Shown: piece after piece, positions 58,573 to 64,000 of the stretch
How positions within the stretch are numbered: position 1 is the first letter of the stretch
Layout: the number at the start of each line of letters is the position of its first letter
Virus record (IMG/VR): IMGVR_UViG_3300030104_006589
Location: 62,001-126,000 of that record
Length of the DNA stretch: 64,000 nucleotides
From: an uncultured virus (IMG/VR IMGVR_UViG_3300030104_006589)
Lineage: Duplodnaviria; Heunggongvirae; Uroviricota; Caudoviricetes
Strand: one strand, 5' to 3'
Notes under the pieces: generated by a model
The model's input: the letters and a program-made list of their open reading frames with translations, nothing else
What the model was told of the DNA's origin: nothing
Database searches by the model: none
Program-made: the position numbers and the translations under genes

Positions 58573-58599
58573 CTTGACATGGGTTTTAGTAAGAAGTGT

Positions 58600-58678
58600 T
58601 GTAAGTCGTTGATACTCAAGGACTTACGGGCGCGGGGCGGGGGCGCAGCTATAAGTCCTTAAGCGTCAAGGAGTTACG
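58600..58678. repeat. double-palindrome element copy 8
   Basis: TGTAAGTCGTTG-ATACT-CAAGGACTTACG, 21-bp spacer, TATAAGTCCTTA-AGCGT-CAAGGAGTTACG. Confidence 0.95.
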
Positions 58679-58742
58679 CATAATCGTCATTTTTTAATCA
58701 TTTAAATGTTGACTGGCTCGGTATTTGTGATATATTTGGCGC

Positions 58743-58997
58743 ATGGCTAACTCCTACAGCATCCAAAGAACTGATACAAATAGAATCCCCGCCCCGTTTG
58801 ACTTTACGTTTGAGTGGGATAATGGAACAGAAAGAACATTTATAGTTGTTTCATTGCATGGCGCAAAGGCACTAGCCGAAACATTTAGAAACTTCGGTTA
58901 CGAAGAGGAAGAAGGTAGTGTTAGGTTTGCTTCAGATGCGCGAACTTTGGAAAGGCTTTCACCGATTGCGAAGTTGGCGAAGGGGAATAAAAATTAA
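58743..58997 (+). CDS. small early protein
   Basis: 84 aa; own promoter. Confidence 0.72.
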   Translation: MANSYSIQRTDTNRIPAPFDFTFEWDNGTERTFIVVSLHGAKALAETFRNFGYEEEEGSVRFASDARTLERLSPIAKLAKGNKN

Positions 58998-59037
58998 TTT
59001 TAATTGACAACACCCGCTTTTGTGGTATACTACGCAC

Positions 59038-59724
59038 ATGTCAAAGCTCCTTAACTCTGGAAACTATAAAACCCGCAAGGGCGAAAAATACGGTTGGAAG
59101 ACCTATGGCTTGCACCTTGCACCATTTAACTTATCAGGAAAAAATGTTTGCTCTTCTGCTACTGTTGGTTGCTCTACTGCTTGTCTCAATACTGCTGGCC
59201 GTGGAATCATGCATTCCGTTCAAGATGCCCGAATTAAAAAGACGAGAAGGTTTTTCGAAGATCGGGATGGATTCCTATCGCAGTTATACAAAGAAATCCA
59301 AAGCTCGGTTAAAAGCGCAACGCGAAAGGAATTAAAGAGTTGTTTCCGCTTGAATCTCACAAGCGATCTCCCGTGGGAGGGGTTGGTTGTAAAATACTTT
59401 CCAAGGCTACAGTTTTACGACTATACCAAACACCTAAAAAGATTCGTTAGGTTTCTGGAGAGTAAGTTCCCGTCCAACTATCACCTCACATACTCCCGCA
59501 GTGAAGAGACTCCTGATACGCTAGTAAAGAGTTTGTGTGCAAGTGGTGGCAATGTCGCCGTGGTTTTTCGCAATCACCTTCCCGAAAAATGGCTTGGACT
59601 TGAAGTGATCGACGGGGATGATTCCGACTTGCGCTTTGAGGATGGCAAGGGTAAGATTGTTGGGTTACTTGAAAAAGGACTCGCTAAAAAAGACAAGACA
59701 GGATTTGTTGTTGAACCAGAATAA
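59038..59724 (+). CDS. phage gp88-like protein (Cys-cluster, radical-SAM-related fold)
   Basis: NVCSSATVGCSTACLNTAGRG, RLNLTSDLPWE, FYDYTK, NYHLTYSRSE, IDGDDSDLRF. Confidence 0.78.
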   Translation: MSKLLNSGNYKTRKGEKYGWKTYGLHLAPFNLSGKNVCSSATVGCSTACLNTAGRGIMHSVQDARIKKTRRFFEDRDGFLSQLYKEIQSSVKSATRKELKSCFRLNLTSDLPWEGLVVKYFPRLQFYDYTKHLKRFVRFLESKFPSNYHLTYSRSEETPDTLVKSLCASGGNVAVVFRNHLPEKWLGLEVIDGDDSDLRFEDGKGKIVGLLEKGLAKKDKTGFVVEPE

Positions 59725-59728
59725 ACCA

Positions 59729-59887
59729 ATGAAAGAAGAACTCCAAGAAATACTAGACGACCACAGGTCACAGATAATTGATATGCTCAAGGAAGATGCA
59801 CAAGAGGCTCTCGTTGTAGATGTCGAAGCGAACCTCGACCGCATGGTAACCGAAATAAACGAATTGTTAGGCTCTAGTTACGACTAG
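59729..59887 (+). CDS. 52-aa acidic peptide
   Basis: MKEELQEILDDHRSQ...GSSYD*. Confidence 0.62.
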   Translation: MKEELQEILDDHRSQIIDMLKEDAQEALVVDVEANLDRMVTEINELLGSSYD

Positions 59888-59890
59888 AGC

Positions 59891-59969
59891 CGTAACTCAC
59901 TCAGGGTCAAGGACTTAGGGCTGCGGCCCCGCCGCGCAGCCGTAACTCGTTGAGGTTCAACGAGTTATG
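59891..59969. repeat. double-palindrome element copy 9
   Basis: CGTAACTCACTC-AGGGT-CAAGGACTTAGG, 21-bp spacer, CGTAACTCGTTG-AGGTT-CAACGAGTTATG. Confidence 0.93.
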
Positions 59970-60039
59970 CATGAATAAAAAATGCATTTTTAATAATAAA
60001 AAAGGTTGCATAAGTCTGAGCGTGTGTTATACTACCCCT

Positions 60040-60186
60040 ATGGAAAAAATAACAGCAAACGATGTTTTACACTGGCATGGCTCAGACCATGACATTAAAG
60101 AATTAGCTCAAGTGATCGCACACATAGTGAATGGTGATTACGATATAGAGCTAGCCAAGCAGGAAATTGAAATGTTAAAAGATTAA
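60040..60186 (+). CDS. 48-aa early peptide
   Basis: MEKITANDVLHWHG...; ATG 6 nt after TATACT. Confidence 0.68.
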   Translation: MEKITANDVLHWHGSDHDIKELAQVIAHIVNGDYDIELAKQEIEMLKD

Positions 60187-60191
60187 GTAAA

Positions 60192-60566
60192 ATGGGACTA
60201 GATCAATACGCAAAAAAAGTAAAGAGAGAATTCAATCATGAGACTCTCACCGAGACAATCACAAAAACTGAAATCGCTTACTGGCGCAAACACAATGCGC
60301 TAGAAGGTTTGATGGCAGGGCTTTACCGAGAGAAGACAGGAGATGAAGGGGAGTTTAATTGTAAAACTCTTACTCTTGATTCTAACGACCTAGACAATCT
60401 TGAAAAGGTTGTAAAGGGTGGGGATCTTCCTGAGACAGTAGGTTTCTTTTTTGGTGATTGCACCAAGGACAACGAGGAATACAAAGAAATAGACCTTGAG
60501 TTTATAGCCAAGGCTAGGAAATGTCTTGCTAATGGGTTTGATGTAGAATATACTTCTTGGTGGTAA
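60192..60566 (+). CDS. conserved phage hypothetical protein
   Basis: MGLDQYA...EIAYWRKHNAL...GFFFG...YTSWW, a recurring phage family motif. Confidence 0.8.
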   Translation: MGLDQYAKKVKREFNHETLTETITKTEIAYWRKHNALEGLMAGLYREKTGDEGEFNCKTLTLDSNDLDNLEKVVKGGDLPETVGFFFGDCTKDNEEYKEIDLEFIAKARKCLANGFDVEYTSWW

Positions 60567-60567
60567 G

Positions 60568-60744
60568 ATGGAAGAACGACCCTACAAAGTATACCTGAGA
60601 GAGATCCACTGGCAGGAAGCTGTCGTGGATGCCGTGAGCCGAGCCGATGCCATTCAGAAAGTATTGGATGGTGACGGTCAATACGGGAACGGCACTAGAT
60701 ACGAAGAAACCTGCGAGGACGGGCATAGAGTTGAAGAGATATGA
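60568..60744 (+). CDS. 58-aa hypothetical peptide
   Basis: MEERPYKVYLREIHWQEAVVDAVSRADAIQKV...; ATGA overlap with the next gene. Confidence 0.65.
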   Translation: MEERPYKVYLREIHWQEAVVDAVSRADAIQKVLDGDGQYGNGTRYEETCEDGHRVEEI

Positions 60745-60956
60745 ATATAATCAGACACATAAGCCCCGATAATAGATTTTTATATAATATAAAATACAAT
60801 GATGACTACACTCTTGATACTATCGGCATACATCTTCTTTTACCCGAAGGCGTATGGAGTCCTGCGGTTTCTCCAGAAATGTTCCCGTCATCACAATTGG
60901 AATCTATCAAAGAAATGTGTTGCGAGCTAATCCGTCGAGTTATATCCTCTGAGTAG
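60741..60956 (+). CDS. hypothetical protein
   Basis: 71-aa ORF coupled to the previous gene. Confidence 0.6.
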   Translation: MNIIRHISPDNRFLYNIKYNDDYTLDTIGIHLLLPEGVWSPAVSPEMFPSSQLESIKEMCCELIRRVISSE

Positions 60957-61026
60957 GATATAAAAAAATGCAGGAAATTTGGATAATATTTTTAGTTTTA
61001 GTAACCTTAACAATTTTTTCATTAGG

Positions 61027-61245
61027 ATGGCTATAAAAGGAAGACCAGCAGGAACAGGAGGCATCTATAAAAAAAGAGAAACCCACAATAAGCAAGTTTC
61101 ACATAGCGACCGACAAACGCAATACATAACCCACCTTTCTAAAAGCGTTGGTGAGGCTTGCGACAGGTGGCTAGATAAGAAGGGACTGAAGGGTAAAAGC
61201 TGGAAAAAGCAGAACGACGAAATGTTTAAGAAGAAAGTTTCATAG
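61027..61245 (+). CDS. basic hypothetical protein
   Basis: MAIKGRPAG...KKKVS*. Confidence 0.6.
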   Translation: MAIKGRPAGTGGIYKKRETHNKQVSHSDRQTQYITHLSKSVGEACDRWLDKKGLKGKSWKKQNDEMFKKKVS

Positions 61246-61362
61246 TGAGGAGTATGACTCTGGTTAGGAATAGAGTGTAAAGAGAACTTACAACGGGGTG
61301 TATAGGGTTTCTGACGATTGCCCTTTGGTCGCCCTCATTGAACACCTAGCCAGAGTCCCACT
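61244..61362. ncRNA. candidate small structured RNA
   Basis: GACTCTGGTTAGG (61256-61268) pairs with CCTAGCCAGAGTC (61345-61357); AGTG/CACT termini. Confidence 0.4.
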
Positions 61363-61365
61363 AAA

Positions 61366-61521
61366 ATGAAAAAGAAGAAAACAAAACTGCCGACTAACTC
61401 CCTAGAGGGACGGAATATGGTGCGTCACCAGATGCCACCACCGACCACTAGTCACACGGATAAAAAGAAGCAGTTAAATAAGAAAGGTTGTCGTAAGTCG
61501 TTGGGCCTCAACGACTTATAG
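61366..61521 (+). CDS. 51-aa basic peptide
   Basis: MKKKKTKLPTNSLEGRNMVRHQMPPPTTSHTDKKK...; ends inside element copy 10. Confidence 0.5.
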   Translation: MKKKKTKLPTNSLEGRNMVRHQMPPPTTSHTDKKKQLNKKGCRKSLGLNDL

Positions 61522-61570
61522 CTTCGCGGCGGCTTTCGAGTCGTAAGTCCCTAAGTATCAATGAGTTACA
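61492..61570. repeat. double-palindrome element copy 10
   Basis: CGTAAGTCGTTG-GGCCT-CAACGACTTATA, 21-bp spacer, CGTAAGTCCCTA-AGTAT-CAATGAGTTACA. Confidence 0.92.
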
Positions 61571-61647
61571 GATGATGATTTAAGGATAAAAAAAACCGCA
61601 CTTTCGTGCGGTTAGGTTATTTGATTATTAAGGCTTTAACCTACAAC

Positions 61648-62172
61648 CTAAGCTTGGATTTTATATGGACTGCTATCAGTGTTATTAACTTGAGTTGCTA
61701 CAACCTTGAGCTTACCGAATGTATGTGCCTTCTTACCTCTGATCCACCTAGTAGACCAATCTTTAATCTTCGGCTTGCGGTGGTATGTGCTATATACTTC
61801 ACCTGTATCTTTATGCACTACTTTATATTTGCCTTCTATTGTATTAACATTGCCACCTCTATCCTTGGGCTTGTAGCACCGCTCAGGTCGTGCGCCCACC
61901 TTGACGCACATCCGCTTCCACACAGCATCGTGTCCATGCCCCCGCCCCGTAAGGGCGTGGGCAATCTCATGGAGAACAACGTCTTTACTTTCTTCGATTG
62001 TATTAATCAGAGCAAGCTTCTTTGTAACACCAATTTCTCTTTTATGGTATCTGCACTGACCATATCTACGGACAGCTTTATTGTCCCAAACAAACTTCCA
62101 ATTTTCTTCTATTAGCCCCCACTTCTCCATTTGCTCCATAGCAAACTGATGTATTTCTATTAGTTTATTCAT
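61648..62172 (-). CDS. SprT-like zinc metalloprotease
   Basis: RRYGQC, VVLHEIAHAL...GHDAVWKRMCVKVGA.PERC. Confidence 0.88.
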   Translation of the reverse strand: MNKLIEIHQFAMEQMEKWGLIEENWKFVWDNKAVRRYGQCRYHKREIGVTKKLALINTIEESKDVVLHEIAHALTGRGHGHDAVWKRMCVKVGARPERCYKPKDRGGNVNTIEGKYKVVHKDTGEVYSTYHRKPKIKDWSTRWIRGKKAHTFGKLKVVATQVNNTDSSPYKIQA

Positions 62173-62243
62173 AGTGCGCCTAGTATACTACAGATTATAG
62201 TTGTTGCTATTAAAAATAAAATCCACCACTGAAAGAACGTCAT

Positions 62244-62534
62244 TTACTGTTCGATTAAATGCTCAACGTGGTTCATGAAATATCTCTCCATATCTGCTAG
62301 TGCTTGCAGGTGCTTCTGCCTCTCCTCTAGTGCAAGACTGTAGGAGGAAAGGGTATAAGGCATGGCATCAATGTCCTGCACATAATAATCTCTGCTGTGA
62401 AATTGGCAAGATTGAATTGCCTCTTTCACCTCATTGATTTTGCCAAGGATTCTGGTGTTGCCCTCTAATAGCATCTTTTTACCTGTGCCATTAAGGTGAA
62501 CTGTGGGGAGTGGGTAGTTTACTTCTTCAGTCAT
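62244..62534 (-). CDS. small early protein
   Basis: PTVHLNGTG...HSRDYY; promoter TTGACA-16-TATATT 6 nt upstream. Confidence 0.75.
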   Translation of the reverse strand: MTEEVNYPLPTVHLNGTGKKMLLEGNTRILGKINEVKEAIQSCQFHSRDYYVQDIDAMPYTLSSYSLALEERQKHLQALADMERYFMNHVEHLIEQ

Positions 62535-62762
62535 GCGAGTAATATACCACCACCTTCGGTGGTGTCAACAATTAAAATGAATTAAAATGCCAGCAAATCA
62601 AATAAAATATAAAATGAAATTACAAAAAACAACAAATATAAAAATGCTTCTATCCTGCTCATGCTTATTAAGGTTTTTCGCCGTAAACTGGGCTTTTTTT
62701 TATGTCGATTAAATGTTGAATTATCGACACGATTTATTTATATGTATACTATATACACATAT

Positions 62763-62883
62763 ATTATTAAGCAAAATATCCGACAACCTACATTATTAAG
62801 CCAAATCAAAATAAACCTGCATTATTAGGGCAAAAATTAGACAACCTAGAATCAACTAAAATCAACCAAAATCAACTAAAATT
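62763..62883. repeat. three 29-bp imperfect direct repeats followed by three 10-bp repeats
   Basis: ATTATTA.G..AAA.......AACCT units at 62763, 62792, 62821; AATCAACYAA x3 from 62850. Confidence 0.75.
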
Positions 62884-63155
62884 AAGTTTTATTTAGTGCA
62901 ATTGCCTAGAGTCATGGGGAATTCCCTCGGGGAGAGAAGGTTCTTATTTGTATTTTTACAGAGAGGGGTATAGGCACACACCATTTCTTTTATTACTGTA
63001 ATTACTATGAAACCCTTTATTTTATAGTATTCTCTTTTGTATTTACCCCTATGTATTTCTTATAGCCCTCTATTGTATTCTATTCTTTTTAATTCTATTT
63101 TAATATTATTTAATAGTTTATATTAATTTAAATGTATTCTATTATAAATTATATA

Positions 63156-63332
63156 TTAATCGTCTAGTAAAGGAGGTAGTGGAGGAGCTTCTTTAGCTAT
63201 ATCTAAAGGCATATTATCTGGGTATTTTACCTTCCCTTTAAACGGCTTCTTTACTTCTTTTTGTAGCCCCTCTAACTCACTATAAACAGACCTTCTATTA
63301 TTCTGCTTCTTCCTGCAATCTGATTCTTTCAT
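63156..63332 (-). CDS. small hypothetical protein
   Basis: MKESDCRKKQ...PPLLDD*; overlaps the HNH gene end. Confidence 0.4.
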   Translation of the reverse strand: MKESDCRKKQNNRRSVYSELEGLQKEVKKPFKGKVKYPDNMPLDIAKEAPPLPPLLDD

Positions 63333-63840
63333 TACATTCTTTCCTTGCAAACTCTCCAAAATATTTTATCTCTCCTTCACTGCGAGCTTGTATAGCGTCT
63401 TCTTTATTAATAAAGCTTCCTAAATGCTTACTTTCCCCGTTGACCTTAATCCTTGCTAGCCATCTTTTCTCTCTTTTATTCCAATGAACTCCTTTAAAGC
63501 CACTGGTATTGTTTTTATTTAAACTTGCATTTATGATGTTCTGCGAGGGAGTAGCTAATCTAAGGTTTTTAATTCTATTATCTAATCTATTACGATTTAT
63601 ATGGTCTACTTGCTTTTGTAAGGGGTCTACACCATGATATATGTAATAAGCAAGTCTACTGCATAGATAGAACTTTTTCTTGTATCTTGTTTGCAGATAA
63701 CCCACACCGTTATCTCGTCCCACTGTTTTACCTTCAAGGTTACGAAACGGTGTTTTCTTCCAAATAAGTATCCCTGTATTTGGATTATAATCTATATTTT
63801 CTCTTAGTTCTTCTAGTGGTGGTAATGGTTTATATCTCAT
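63298..63840 (-). CDS. HNH homing endonuclease with AP2 domain
   Basis: YNPNTG, VDHINRNRLDNRIKNLR, NTSGFKGV.W...W.ARI...HLGSF. Confidence 0.92.
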   Translation of the reverse strand: MRYKPLPPLEELRENIDYNPNTGILIWKKTPFRNLEGKTVGRDNGVGYLQTRYKKKFYLCSRLAYYIYHGVDPLQKQVDHINRNRLDNRIKNLRLATPSQNIINASLNKNNTSGFKGVHWNKREKRWLARIKVNGESKHLGSFINKEDAIQARSEGEIKYFGEFARKECNERIRLQEEAE

Positions 63841-63851
63841 ATTAAATTATT

Positions 63852-63927
63852 TGGTAGCGGGAGTGGGACTTGAACCCACACTTTAGCGATTTTAAGTCGC
63901 TTGCCTCTGCCATTGGGCTATCCCGCC
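63852..63927 (-). tRNA. tRNA with TAA anticodon (Leu), short variable loop
   Basis: GGCGGGA/TCCCGCT acceptor, AGCGA-CTTAAAA-TCGCT anticodon arm, GGTTCAAGTCC, ACCA end; 76 nt. Confidence 0.9.
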
Positions 63928-64000
63928 AGTCTGCTACCATCGGGCGGCAGAAAAAAACATTAGAATTAATATTATTAACACCAACCAAATTGCAAATCCG

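Larger units (their letters stand above)
50761..62568. promoter_or_regulatory. array of about 20 sigma70-type promoters, each with the -10 box 5-7 nt upstream of an ATG (leaderless)
   Basis: -35 hexamers (TTGMNN/TTTAC) start at 50761, 51006, 51266, 52108, 52393, 52888, 53220, 53533, 53781, 54303, 54900, 55789, 56430, 56831, 57713, 58709, 59004, 60006 (+) and 62568 (-); 16-17 bp spacers; -10 mostly TATAGT/TATACT; upstream A-tracts. Confidence 0.85.

Noticed and set aside
61305..61345. Hammerhead ribozyme (CTGACGA)
   Set aside because: No downstream GAAA core or stem II/III arrangement.
51982..61570. The repeats as a CRISPR array
   Set aside because: The 29-bp units come only in pairs, are degenerate, and are separated by 0.4-1.5 kb of genes; the short spacers resemble each other; no cas genes are present.
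51982..61570. The repeats as canonical integron attC sites or XerCD dif sites
   Set aside because: Several copies end in TAAG/CTTA instead of AAC/GTT, arm spacing differs from attC, I saw no consistent extrahelical bases and no intI; there is no match to the dif 11-6-11 consensus. Kept only as an analogy.
51982..61570. The repeats as simple intrinsic terminators
   Set aside because: No U-tract follows the hairpins, copy 8 sits right after a real terminator, and the fixed double geometry would be unnecessary.
1..64000. Alternative genetic code (stop-codon reassignment)
   Set aside because: Conserved genes are full length in the standard code; TAA, TAG and TGA all end genes; no suppressor tRNA seen.

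Overview
This window is part of a large tailed dsDNA phage genome (Caudoviricetes, probably long non-contractile tail; host unknown). From left to right it contains: a partial RecA/UvsX-like gene; a 14-gene nucleotide-sugar/glycosyltransferase operon (gmd, fcl, GT10 fucosyltransferase, several other GTs, PLP aminotransferase, radical SAM, kinase, nucleotidyltransferase-HAD); nrdAB; a sigma-like factor, SSB and Hsp20; a virion module (tail-tube paralogs, 2404-aa tape measure, neck, major capsid, protease/scaffold, portal, terminase); a second sigma factor; PhoH; HNH endonucleases; and two tRNAs. The most unusual part is the presumed early region at 50.7-62.6 kb. About 30 mostly small genes lie there, about 20 of them with their own sigma70-type promoter whose -10 box sits about 6 nt from the ATG (leaderless). 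Ten copies of a 79-80 bp element (two 29-bp 12-5-12 palindromes around a 21-22 bp GC-rich spacer) divide this region into 0.4-1.5 kb modules. Duplicated genes and inverted spacers suggest recombination at these sites. Other candidates are a -1 frameshift extension of a head-module protein, a GTGTAA late-promoter motif, a roughly 390-nt pseudoknotted ncRNA upstream of a tRNA, and a short-variable-arm tRNA with a Leu(UAA) anticodon. All protein calls come from recognised motifs and gene order only; no database searches were run.
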